The notes below the pieces were generated by a model. That model ran no database searches, was not told where the DNA came from, and saw only the letters and a program-made list of their open reading frames with translations. DNA of 64,000 nt. Source: Phoronis australis (taxonomy: Eukaryota; Animalia; Phoronida). A program made the translations under genes and the position numbers. Of the stretch, positions 11,951-25,093 are shown in pieces. Numbering within the stretch: position 1 is the stretch's first letter; every line of letters begins with the position of its first letter. The stretch covers positions 277,575 through 341,574 of the forward strand of contig NMRA01000070.1 of assembly GCA_002633005.1 (NCBI GenBank), in the 5' to 3' direction.

Positions 11951-14900
11951 GTGATGTACTTCAACTTGGAATCCTGCTTAATCTCAAGAATAAGCGGAAG
12001 TAAGTGTTGCGTGAACTTGAAATTCCAAGATCAAAGAAAGTGATCTTGAGATTAAGCAAACTGCCAAACCCCGTACGTGAACTTGGAATCTTGCGTGAAC
12101 TTGGAATTAAGCGGCTGCCTGGCAAAAAATCACAGAACAAGGCGCTTGGGATGAAATCGTTACTGAGCCGGTAGGCTACGGACAGAAAAGATTTCTAAAA
12201 AATCTAAATAAAGCTTCTGTGGCCTGGTCATGAATACTGGTTCAGGGACAGGAATAAAAAATCATTTAAGGAATGTATTGTGATTACATGTCCCTCACTT
12301 CTTTACAAAAAATCGTGTGGTGTAAGAAATATTCTCTGACCGGTTACAGTATGTCATAAATGCATTTTCCACTACGTTTGGAACACCTCTGAATGCATTC
12401 TGAATTGTTTCCTACCCTAATCCAAGTTTAAACAAGCCACGCCCTTGCTTAAACTTGGAGTGATTGTTTATTAGCTATACAAAGTCACTTGGTGAACCAA
12501 ACAATTTCTGGCTGGTTAAAATATGGTGTAAGCACAACGTTTTGAGACTTTATTGAACACGTTAACAATTATTTCTTCCGAATTCCACGTTTAAGCAGGC
12601 CTTTCTATTTCCCCTTTACAAACGATATGTTGTGAAGTAAGCATCCCCTGAAAGATTACAAGATATTATGAACATTTTTTTTCTATCCCTTTAAATTATC
12701 GGCGATTATTTTTTACCCAATGCCAAGTTTAAAAGATGACTGTAGTAAAAATAATGCAGCAGTAAACCGGTTCTAATATACCCATAACACTCACATTTGC
12801 CCGAGTTGCGATCCAAACAAAACTGATTCACAATTTATTGTAAAAACACTAATGCTGACAGCAGTCTCTGATTGGCCGATATGTCAGTGGTTGACAGGGC
12901 ATCGACTGCTTATCACATATTTCTGCTCCATATTGGGGCATTGGTTGGATAGATTTTACATTGCGTTTTATGTATCACCGATTCTTATTATTTACTGTTT
13001 GCCAGTGTAGTAAAAAATTCTCCATGCCTTTTTATGGCACCTAGTTGTTCAATCTCTGCGAAAAAGGTGTCGTCCAAGAGGGCGGACATAGGACACCATC
13101 CGTTGCCCTTGCCTTTGTACAAAGCTGTATGCTAAATTAATTCAGAACAAAATACTATTCCCTGTAATAAGCAAACTTGGAATCAATGTCTTTTCATTTC
13201 ACAAAAAAATAAGTGGTGAAGCAAGCTTTCTCTCGCAGATTACAATAAGCTGTAAACGCAATTCCTGTTCTTGATACTACTCTAACACATTTTACCATTC
13301 GTCTTCTACATAATTTCAAATTTAACCAATACTTAAAGCAGTATGGGGTTTCACCTTTTTCAATTTCACAAAAAAATGTAATACCTTTAATGAGACACTT
13401 TCATAGACAAAAATGAAATCCTCGAGTTGGGCCCATTCTTTTTGGAAAGCTCAGGGGGTCACGGAAAACATGTTCTCCATGTTAGTGCAGGTGGACCGTG
13501 GTCTCTCACTGGAGATGATGTATGTTACAACGAAAATGGTCGATAGTTTTTAAAGATATTTAAAAATAAGAATGTGACTTTGCTTTAACAATATCTGCAT
13601 GGACAGGTCTAAGTTATTATTTTTTCCAACATAGCACCAAATTATAATACAACATAAAACATATTCTGTAAAGGTACAGAGGCTGACATACAGAGTATTT
13701 TTCAAACTAAATTACACAATGTCCAAATTTCACAAGGCTACTAAAATATTTCTTTCTTTTTCAATAGAATCCAATCCAACTCTAGCTAAATTTCAACAAA
13801 AAAAATCTTATTGCACAAGACCAGTCACAAACAAAAATTAAAGGACTGGACACAATGTCGACATTCAACTCTGACGAAAGTTCGACTACGTAAACTGACA
13901 AATTATTCTAGCAAGAAGATTATCCAAATTTGGCAGTCTTGGAGACTTCTGTTGAAGTCTGTCAATTTGTTGGCATCAGGTGATATATACTTACTTCTAA
14001 AATGATCCCTGTCCCCACCAAGGTTTGAACCCAGGACTTTCTGCTAACCCGTTAGTCAACACCTGATGTGATCAACATATGGCGTATGTGAAGAGCAACA
14101 GGTATACGACATCATTCAATGCGCAGTAAAAGAAAAGTGTTCAAGCATCAGGTTAAGGTTATGGGAGATCCTAGACAAATGTCTAAACTTGGTAAAGCTG
14201 AAAACATATCTTGCAAATGGCTGATAGGATTCCAATAAAAACTTTCAGATCTTGTACTTTATGCACTTTTTCTCCATCAGGCTTTTAGAGATTATATTTT
14301 GACTGATCTACTTTGGCATGGGAAGGCTAGGTAAAACAGGGACTTTCGGTAATTTCATGACAAACTCAAACGTTGATTAAAACGAAAAGGATTACTAAAA
14401 AAACACAATCGGCATTTTTCAGATTCCATCTTGAACATTTATATAAAAAGAAAATTGGTCATGTTATCGACTCCACCGTTTTGTTATGAATGTATTCTCT
14501 TTTCCCGAATTTTATTAAAATTATGGTCAATGGACCCAGTTAATGGGAGCTTGATATATAAAGTCATTATATACAGACTCTCTACTTTCATGAATTGAAG
14601 TAGTGTTTTAGAAAGTTAAATTCCAAAGTTTGTAGATATTTGTCAATAAGGTGCCACATAACTTTATGTCCTGACATTAAATTTTGGGTTACTCATGTTG
14701 TTTCATTACATGACAACTGATACTTCTGTCCTCTGATTGTCTGGAATACAGTTTGATAATTTTGACCCACCACCCTGTGGAATAACACTTCATTTACGCC
14801 ACCAGGATGTCACGCAAATAGCAATGTGACCAATCAGATACCCTAAAAATCATAAACCCTGAGAGCAAAGTAAGCAGACAATGTCAGTACATCAAACTTA

Positions 14901-17117
14901 GCTTTAAAGAAGCATCAGTAGCCATTTAATAAAAGAAAGTTAGACTGATCTATCAGGCAGATTAGGTTACATAGACCTGAGAGGGACATATGCTACATTA
15001 GTGATTCATTGGCAAGCAGATTCAAATGGTGTAACAGCAATGAAATGGGGGTCCTCCAACTTTGGCTAATCTGTTGACCTACAGTAGCACGAATGGTTAT
15101 CACCGATTCTGTGTAAGCGATAAAGATGTTCACTAACATGTGCTGTCAATGAGACCAGTTGTGTGTCCTTGATTTAGTAGCTTGAATGCGCTGCGTCAGT
15201 TGAGGGGGACTCTTCCGCTTATCTACGACTTTCTTGAAGACAGGAAGGTGCTTGGAACCTGTTTGAAATAAATAGAATAGTTTGACTTACTTTTAGGCAA
15301 ACATGATAATACTACATACACAACTCTTCAATAAAAAATACGCATTACTGACAAAATTGTTTTCATGTTGACGGCGCATAATACCTGTACATATACGAGT
15401 TTTTGAAAAGTGAACAGGGATCCAGATTTATTGTCAGTAGTTGAATGTTGAATCTATAAAACAATCAAGTAAATGGAAAATCTGTCATTCTCTGTTTTTA
15501 CATTTTGACAATAATAATTTAATTGTCAGCAGATTCAAACAAGATCACCTATCGCATTCAAGTATTTTATGTACTATACAGTGACGGATCTGGGATACCA
15601 TTAGGGGGGCGGCCCAACGTCTTGCCTCGGGGAATTTGGCAAAGCGCGATTGTATATGCACAGGGGGCCCGAAAGTCGTGGGAGCTGAGGATGCAGACCT
15701 TCTGTTCCGAAAATTTGTCGGTGGACTAAAAAAAAACGGGAACACGATTCCACCGCAATCTGGGATCTGAGTCCCCCCCCCATCCGCTACCGGTCCTAGT
15801 TAGTGAACTCTCTTCTTCTTCGCGCTTCACGCTGTTTCTGTTTCATTTTGCTGGCGGCAGGCAAGGGGGGAGGGGGCGGGCCCCCGCCTATGCTATAGAC
15901 AACTAAATACAACCTATAAATGAAAGCGTTGACGGAACAAACACGTTCCTGATAGAAGACAACCTTCAAGGACAATGACAACTGTATAAAAGGCTGAACA
16001 TCACCTATGGTGCATAACGAAAAACTAACATTAACACAGCTTAGATATGTCATTACCTCTGTATGCTCCTCACTCACATGGAAATATTTGTATCAATGTA
16101 TGCCACAATGTTTCAGTCCAGTTGTTAAATGTTATCAACTTTATTTAGAGATGTCGACAACCTGCAAAAGACGCATACATGTATGCATGTGTTACCTAAC
16201 TCAGTCTAACATGGTTGCTTTTCAAACAGCGAATGATGGGCGGTGGTTTCTAAGCTATTGTGTCAAATCAATTGGCATGGGCAGTATTATTTCACTGGGC
16301 CACTTTTGTCTGTCTTTACATACATTGGCGTATTGTTATGTGGGTCTGTACTGAACAGAGAAAGGCAAAAATATTGTAGGCCAGAAAAGTCTATTCATCT
16401 CTATGAGAACATTCAAAACCTGTCAACAGAACCTCAGAGAGTTGTATTCTGTTAACTTTTATCTGATTGCCATCAATATTTAGACCTGATGACATCACAC
16501 AGCATACCAATGAAAAACTAATATTCATTAAATTGCACGCTTGAAAATGAAAATGAAATGAGTATTTCCACTTTATTTGCCAATAATAACACTTTTACAC
16601 AACAAAAGTTATTTGAACTTCTTCCTTAATTAGATAAGAAAGAATTACAGATCCCTGCTTAGGCCAAGCTGGGAGCGATTGGCGATGTCATAAGTGAGAT
16701 ATAAATGAAAACACTACCTCCAATTACGAGCAAATTGCGAGTTCCAAGCACTGGCGTATACACGAGGGGTGAAGCGGCAGGTACAACGGTGCATGTCTTA
16801 ATAATCATAATCCTTTCCATTGCAAAGGTCCCAGGTTGCCAGTCATTTCAGCCCCTTGGTCACAAACCTAACCATCCCAGTCATACCACCTTTGGAAACA
16901 ATTACCAAGACCAGAATATCATGCAGAATGGGCAATAACAATAATCCAAACAGAAAAATAACTCACGACAAACGAATTCATGTCCAACATTCGAAATTTT
17001 AGTTAAAAGTCACACTAGATGTCGCAACTGCTTGCTTAATCTCAAGATCTCTTGCGTGAACTTGGAATAGAAATTTATTCTAAGTTCACTCATGATTCCA
17101 AGTTGAAGTACAACACA
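11951..17117. mobile_element. Non-autonomous TIR DNA element, ~5.2 kb, with subterminal repeats
   Basis: Left gtgatgtacttcaacttggaatc pairs with right gattccaagttgaagtacaacac (23-bp inverted repeat, 1 mismatch). gcgtgaacttggaat and gcttaatctcaaga repeat near both ends. No transposase ORF or TSD was recognised. Confidence 0.6.
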
Positions 17118-17144
17118 ACAGGGCTTGGCATTGGTTTATCAGTG

Positions 17145-19000
17145 GGTGAACTTGGAACCCTGCTTAATCTCAAGATCGTGTATATATGCGCGAACTTGGA
17201 GTTGAACATTCATTTGGTCAATCAGGTGAATTTTTTGTTCAGTGTAAGGACTTTTTGTAATTATTGGCCTCATGATCACCCGTTTTCTCCTCAAACGTGA
17301 CTTGTGTCAAGGAATCGGGGGAATTGTGTGAATGGTTGAATCAATTGATAAGATCCGCTAGTAGTTGCAAAAGGATACGTTATTTTATTACTGTTATTTG
17401 ATTTGATGCAATGCAAATTTTTATCAACGTGAACGTGATTATTTGAGTAAACTTGTCGAGTTTCCTCATGTATTCCAAGTTCACACATACACGAAGTTCA
17501 CGCACAGCAGTTTACAGTCAACCCTTATCAAGGAACCCGGGGGTTCTTCCATACAAGAGGTACGACGTGCTGGTCATAAGGGTAGCTATTTCGGATCCAA
17601 TCTCCCTGCGAAAGGATATGTTTCTGAAAAAACCTCTGCGGAAGAATGCATTTTCTTACAAAATTACCAACAAAACCGTTTGAAAACTTCGACAGACACT
17701 CTCAGAGTTTTTCAATTCGTATCAGTCATCTACTTTCAAAACTTTATTGTTCCAAATAAGAGGCGTAGTTACGACACATATGCACGTGAGTCGTAGACAA
17801 AATGAAAAATGTTAATTTTCTAATAGTAATAATAATAATAATAATAATAATATATTTATAACTTTTTTCTGAATAAAGTAACACTTTGGCAATTTACTCA
17901 AAACTGTAGTGAAATATTGAGTGTACATTACGGTGGCCGGTACATGACGTTTTTCTACTTTTGTGGTATTTTCCACCGTGGTGAAAGATGACTTCTCAAC
18001 CTGGTGAGAAGCACATTCCACAGTAACAGTAGAAAGTATAAATACATGCACGACTGTAACTTCGGAATTGCAATTTGAGCGATATCTTTAATTTCAGTCG
18101 GCTCGTGGAGAGTGGACTCCTGCGTTTCCTGGCGAACAGGTCTAACTCATTGCCTGTTTTATCTATGGCCTGAGTGTCGTCTTCACCCCCATCTCCAAAT
18201 CTGTCTTCATGATACTCGTCAAACTCCCTCTACGTCTTTTTAATGTCTTCCACTGATGGCATCAGCTGGCGGAAAACCAAAGGATCATTAACTTTTCTTT
18301 AAAATACATATTTACTCAATTATTTCCCAAAATAAGTGCTTGTTTAGTTAGATCTTGTGTTACAAAATTATTATACACGGTCAAAAACATCTAAAAGTGC
18401 AAAAATCCATTGTAGGAACAAACGGTTCGGCAGGACAGCCAATGACACGGGTTTTCGTACCTTTCTACAATATGCAATGTCATCTACGTTGAAATAACTA
18501 AAGTACACTCAAACCCACGAGTTTCGCAGTGAGAATTAACGGAACTAAACATGAAGTGAACAATCGGAAAACACGTTTTCACCTACGCAGCCTCAACCTG
18601 ATAAAGATCGCTGGGTCACTTGTGCTGAGTCTATTCATTCGAGTTGCAGTAAACCCAAAACGAATCCTCTCTGGATAACATTAGTGATACACAAGTAAGT
18701 TAGTTATACACCTGTATGCGTCTGGCACTCTTTTCTTTCGTTCTATAATGAAAGGCGGTATTTCTAATCCGACCAAATGTGTTTTAGGCCCCTGGCTGGG
18801 GCACAGGAAGAAAAACAAACAGTTTATCAATGGAGGTTGGGCTCCATGGGCTTCAGTTGTGTCCGATTCTCGTTTCAGGGTTTATACTTGAGATACCTGG
18901 GATTTTCCTAAGTGATTCAATGGTGCAAAGATTACTGAGATGCAATTTCGGTCCGACATTTCGGTGTTCACTACGCCTGCATTACACTCAGACTGACAGA
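17145..19000 (+). repeat. Left arm of a large inverted repeat (same TIR family terminus)
   Basis: About 17149-18040 is the reverse complement of about 32225-33026, and about 18845-19000 is the reverse complement of about 32020-32195. Confidence 0.9.
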
Positions 19001-19988
19001 TTAAGGATGCCCACTGGGGTCGCGGTGCAAGACAGTAATGCCGTTTTTGGGATTTATTGTTGTTGGAGTTCCACCCCACCACATCCCACCCACAAGACCG
19101 CCACTCAACCAGTACAGCGCTACCCTGGCCGGCCGTCTAGGCGCCGGCGCGGCGTCTCGGCATACCTCCGTCGACAGATGGGAAACGGTCAGGGCACAAA
19201 TTCTTGATCCTCTTCCAAATGACAAGTAGTTAACAATTTGCCGGTAGGCAAAATACACACAGTAGCGTGCAGAGGTTTGGGGCGATTTTTTTAATTGCAT
19301 GCCACTTCTCTAATCAAATGAATTCAGGACCCTTATACTAAGAAAAATAAAAAAGACGAAACATAACATAGACACTTTATTCAATTACAAATCAGTAATT
19401 GGATGACCCCCGATGTGGATCGATGCCTGTGCCCGTCGCCCCGTCGCCCCGTCGCCCTACCACACCCCCTTCTGAACGGTACTGATTTTACAACAATGAT
19501 TATTTTGAACTCTTGATAGTCGGTGGGCCAAATCTCATAGCGTTCACCCTTGTGAGTACTTTGGGGGGCAACCTAGTTTTTTCTATGTGGCTAGATAATA
19601 TAACTAAAAATCGAATTCCAAAAAGTTCCCACGTCTACACTTGCACATTTTTTTTAAAAAAAGGTGTTTTTGTTGCACAAAATATGATGCATATTCCTGC
19701 GACTTGATGGCGCTTTTCTAGTGAATTGACCAATCAGAGAGCCAGATTGTATTGTTGTGCTTAGTTACTTCAATATGAGACATTAAGTCACGGGTTTCTG
19801 GGCTCATAGACCTTCAGACTAGTTTCGAACTAAATAGCTTTACTTCTTGTCGGCCTTACAGGGCCTTTTAAAAAACATTTTAATAGTCGCATAATTTGCC
19901 TTCAGACATGTTAAGCTTCGGAGTATCGAGCTCCACCCTATTTATACTAATGCACTATGACTGGCAAGCTACGTTTAATTACATTCTT

Positions 19989-20653
19989 AATTACTCTGCG
20001 CGTGCAAGCGCAAAGATTTGCTGTTCTTCGTATCTTCTTATTACTCTGCGCGTGCAAGCGCAGAGTACTGTTGTTCCTGGGTTTTCTTCAATTTTATTAC
20101 TCTGCGCGTGCAAGCGCAGATTTTTACTGTTCTACGTATTTTATCTTCTCATTCTTATTCTTCTTATTCTTCTTATTCTTCCTTCCTTTTCAGATTGTTA
20201 TTACTCTTACATCCATTCACTTACAACAGTCATACTCACTGTGGTTAATATGATAATGAAATTTCGTGAACAGTTTGATGCCATATAGGTGCACCCAGAA
20301 CTTACACGGAATTTCGATCTGATCAACTGAACTGAATTTCTGGGTCAAAGGTCAATCAGTGCAAAAATGATTTCTGAGCTAGACATTTCATCAACACATA
20401 TATCATTTTCATTTATAAATTAAATTCAGTCACAAACTTTGGAGTAATTAGGTGCAACTGCGAGGTCATTAAGTGCACTTTTCCATTGATATTCTAATTT
20501 TTCACTCTTGCTCTTTCATAGTTACCAGGGACATCACTCTCTTTCACACGAAGGATGCAACTTTTATGCAATGTAATACGCCTTAACTTCACTATGCGTG
20601 TGCATACACCCCGCGCAGAGTTGTAAGTGCGCATACTCAATTGCATTCTACTT
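19989..20653 (+). mobile_element. Helentron-associated (HINE/DINE-1-like) non-autonomous element
   Basis: The 5' hairpin motif ttactctgcgcgtgcaagcgcag occurs three times, followed by an (ATTCTT)n-type microsatellite. The 3' inverted subterminal copy cgcgcagagt is followed by a short terminal stem. It interrupts unit 1 at a T-rich site, where unit 3 reads cttaattttagtc uninterrupted. Confidence 0.65.
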
Positions 20654-23119
20654 TTAGTCTCCGGTTGTTAATTTTCGTCTTCCATCCTTGTTCCGATTTG
20701 GTTATCCGTGGACTGCGTGGTAGCGTTGTTGCGTGGGTATGGCGATCAAATAAACAAAAACGTCCATTAATAAAATTTACAAACAATCGAGATATCAACT
20801 AATGTTTTTAATTTGCCTCTCCCATATTAATTGAGAAATCCTTGTCTGCGCCACGGCAGAAGTCGATCATGGGAACCACTGTTCAGCTACTTGTGGCATC
20901 TGCAAAGGAATTCACCATTGAACCTTGAACCTTGAACCTTGAACGTAATTTGGATTCAGCCATGCTATTTTTCTTAATATGTTATGGCTTGTGTTAGTAT
21001 GTTAGTGAAATTGTTAGTCGTTATTAGAAATAGCATTAGCGTCAGTGCAAATGTACCAGTAAGACAAGTAACAAACGTTTAGTCCAAGCGAATAGTATTG
21101 GATTTGATAGATACAAAGATCCATCCATTTAAAGTACATGTGTGTCATCACCTCCCAAATACTGAAACATCAGTTCAACCTAAAGTACAACAAAAATACA
21201 GTAAACACTTAAATCCTGTTACAATAATCTGGACAAAACACAGTTGTAACAGGTGGAGAGCTCTAGCTGCAAGTGTCAGCGAGACCAAATTGCATTCAGT
21301 AATGAAAGTTATATAACTCTATCGTCCCCTATCAATCGGGTTGGACCGCATCTCATGGGCGTGCCCTCACGGAAGAGGCAACTTCCTGGCGTCATTTTAG
21401 ATTTCCGTCTCTGGTGTTATTTTGGGTTGGTGGTCCCGTGACATCTTTCGTTCATTGCCAATGGTTGAGAGGTCAAGGTCCTGCTTGTTCAGGTTCTGTA
21501 TGACCCTCGAAAATAGCTGTTCAGATTTAGATCAAATGCCACATACTATGATTTGAACACCTATCACAACACGAAAATGAATTGATCATAGTTTACCACA
21601 TCAACAGTGTTCCTGTGATCACTTCCCGAATATTTTTTTTCATCAAATATATTTCGATTATTTTACATTGATACCATTGTTTTACTATCAATGTTTTGGG
21701 GTTTTTTTGCTAAATTTTATGGGATTTTTGAGTTTGAAGGCTTATATCTCAGAAATCGATGATCCGATTTAAGTAAAATGTTCGAATACTGCGATTTAAA
21801 CACGGTTCACAAAACGAAAAGGAAATGGTCACACTTTAGAATATTAACATTGTTTCTAACACCACTTATGGAATAATTTCGGTCTTTACCATGGCGAGGT
21901 CTCTTGGCGTCTCCGTGTCAGGAAAGAAGGCCCTTCTACACGACGTAGCCACTGAAGTTGAACAGGCATCTTGTTGGATTTGGATGAAATACCAACAGCA
22001 ACACCACCAACAACCGTCAGACAGAGCCTGATCAACTATGTTGTCCTGCCTACTAGAGATGGTCTTGGTTTAGGGACGAAACCTTAAAGGACAGTAGGAG
22101 ACCAACTGAATATGGCGGTTAAGCGCAGTTCCATCAAGTGTTTAAAGTAAGTTCATTAAATCAAATTCGATCTTGTTATTGATACAGTTGTTTTACTATC
22201 AATGTGAATTTGTCTTTTATGTGATGAAACCAGGTGTAAAAGGGTATATATGAACAAAGACAGATGTCTGAATGGCTGGCGAGTAGATTTTTCACTTTGC
22301 TTTTCCAAATTAAACAAGTGTTCGGTAAAGCTTTGATGGCTCATAGAGCTCGCATGCAGTCGAAACTTGTAGCTTCTAGGATGTTTATAACCTGAACAGC
22401 ACCATACCTTTTGGCCCTGTGTTATTCGTGTAAGTGGTACTTTGGAACACTGTCATTGTTTGCAACGTCAAAGTCCAGCGGTTCGACGAATGGTCAAATC
22501 GCTAAAAAATCTACAATGAGGTAAAAAGGAAATCAACCCATTGCGAGTAGTAAAAACATACGACCACAATTTTAAATTAGAAGTGAGAAAGAGTTGGCCG
22601 AAGTTATGAATTCCCGGTATTAATGGTTCCGAAGTTTTGCAAGCCCACAAATACATACTGTAAATCCAAAGAACCACACAAATCCTGAAGTCCATTAGTT
22701 CGAAAGCTAAAAGTTCGAAATTTTATGACACGAGGTTCTGAGCAGTGACTTCCAGCAAAACGTTCGGGGGTTTGTAAGCACGTGCCTGTTTGAAACCAGT
22801 TCTTCAAAGAGCCAGTGTCTCTGGGAAGGATCCAAACAAAAATTTTCAATGAGCACTGAGCTGTCGCTTTAATTTACATTTCCATATTTCGGTTCACCGC
22901 AACTAAAATTTTGCTGCTCTGCTGTCGTTGAGGTTTTGTGGTCTCATAGATGTTCGAACCAGTTTTGAACTAACTAGCTTTCTTTTCGTCCAGATAAGGC
23001 CTTCTTAAAAACATTTTCAATAGACGTATTTTAGGTGTCAGGACTTCAGAACCTTCAGAGTGCCGAGATGTACCTTATTTATACTAAAGCTGTGTGAAAT
23101 GCAAGAAACGTTAGCTTAC

Positions 23120-23830
23120 CTTCATAATTTTCGTCTTAAACCCTTCTTCTTCCGTTTTTGGTATCCGTGGGTCGCAGCATATCGTTCGGGTATGGGTATA
23201 GTGTGTAAATAGACAAAAACTTGTGTAATAAAACTTTCAAATAATCGACAAGTCACCTGTTTTCAATTTGCCGCTCGGATGCTAATTGAAAAATCCTTGA
23301 CCCTGTGCCGGCAGAAATCGACTACGGGAACTACTGCTCAAGTCCATCTGGTTGTGTGCAAAGGAATTAAAAAAAACACCATTCAGCATGCATTTTGAGA
23401 CCTTGAACTTCATTTTCGTTTTTTCATGCTTTCTTTCGTGGTATGTCAGTGCTTATATTAGTATGTTAGTGCAAGTGTTAGCCAGGATCAGAAATAGCGT
23501 AAGCGTCAATGCGAAAGAACCACCAAGAAAACTAACAAAAGTAACAAACGTTTAGTCCAGGAGAATAGTAATACATTTGATAGACGGGCAGATAAATTCA
23601 CTGGAATAAATGTGCGTCATCACAACCCAAAAATTTCTACATGAGAAGAAGCCAGAGTGCAATTAAAATGCAGCCAACATTAACATCTATTACACTGACT
23701 TGGACCCAAGTGGAGAACTGTAGCTGCATGTGTCAGCCAGACCAAAATGTTATCAATAACGAAAGTTAAACACTTCTGTTGTCCTTCGTGTATCTGCTAA
23801 GGCAGCACCTCATCGCCCGCGCCCTCACGG
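23120..23830 (-). pseudogene. Decayed exon of an unidentified membrane-protein-like gene (best-readable copy, unit 2)
   Basis: The minus strand gives LTFVIDNILVWL...GCILIALWLLLM*...FVTFVSFLGGSFALTLTLFLILANTCTNILI*ALTYHERKHEK...EEEGFKTKIMK followed by a GTAAGC donor. It has several stops and frameshifts. Confidence 0.45.
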
Positions 23831-23919
23831 AATAGGCAACTTGCTGGGGGAGAGGTCAGGGTCCTGTTTGTTTAGCTTCTGTATGATCTTTAATGTCTAC
23901 ATTTCTCTAACTTTGAAGG

Positions 23920-25093
23920 TTTATACCCCCAGACAATGCAATGCGCCCGCGAATGCATCGCAAATGGTGTGCTTTTAGAGTTCTTTATTTGTATCATAAA
24001 ATTGCCACTAGATGGCGCAAAAACGTACAATCCATCTAAAAACGGGAACATGCCATTTTTCATAAAAATCTGTCAAGGAACTTCAGAGAAACAAAGGAAA
24101 ACAGAACAAAATGAAATTGGCACTTGTAGGCACAGGGTCCGTTCCATCCGCCTGAAAGTCGTTGTCTGTTATCTTCATATAAATTCACTTACTAAATTTA
24201 ATAAAGATCCTGCAGTGGGTTTTGGAGAGACAGCTAGGGTGCAAAACAAAACAAAACTACCAAGATTTGAAAACAGCAAAAATAGCCACAAGGTGGTGCA
24301 AAATACCTCGATTCCATCCAAAAACAGGAAGATAGCGTCATCACAACAATAGATGCCTATATTCACAATTTTATGAAAATCTATTGAAGATCTTTGAAGA
24401 TACAGAGTTAAAGGTAAAAAAACTAAAATTGCCACTAGGGGGGCACAGCAATAGTCAGATCTGTCCGAAAGTCGTCGCCATCCGTAGTCAACATCACATA
24501 AATACACTTGCTAAATTAAGTAAAGATCCTGCGAATGGTTTAGAAGATACAGCCATAAGCGCAAACAGAACTGCCACTAGGAGGCGCCACAGTAGTCGAA
24601 ATCGCCGGAAAATCATCTTCAACCGTCCTCTTTATAGTAAGCACATACATGTCAATTTTCACAATCATCCTTTGAGCGGTTTGGTTGATAGGGGGGTGGG
24701 CGCAAAAAAACAGACTCGAAAACAGTAAAAATGGTCACTAGGTGGCGCAAACTAAGTTGAATCCATCAGAAAACGGGAGAATAGCGTCATCCCATTAATA
24801 GGTGCCTACATACCAAATTTCACGAAAATCCGATGAGGACTTTTGAAGACTCAAAGGTAAGCGTAAAAAACTAAAATTGCCACTAGGGGTCACACCGGTA
24901 GTCGGATCCGTCCGTACGTTCGCTCATGCCGTCCCATTCATGAATGGAACATATGTGTTAAATTTCATAAACGTATGTCAAAGGGTTTTGGAAATAGACG
25001 CCGGACGGACGCCGGACGGACGCCGCACGGACGGACGGACGGACGGAGATGACGGCATAATGCGTCCGCATATAAATATGTGGGCGCATAAAA
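23920..25093. mobile_element. HINE/DINE-1-like element with internal ~150-bp tandem repeats, (GGAC)n microsatellite and terminal hairpin
   Basis: There are seven monomers, most carrying a ccactag.tggcgc-like motif. (GGAC)n runs over about 25002-25046. The hairpin atgcgtccgcatat-aa-atatgtgggcgcat is followed by an A run. The left boundary is approximate. Confidence 0.7.

Noticed and set aside
19896-20288. Hydrophobic ORFs resembling membrane proteins
   Set aside because: They are produced by the (ATTCTT)n microsatellite and hairpin repeats of the HINE-like element.
21000-21400. GPCR call for the tandem pseudo-exons
   Set aside because: Only two or three hydrophobic stretches and no DRY or NPxxY-type motifs are visible.
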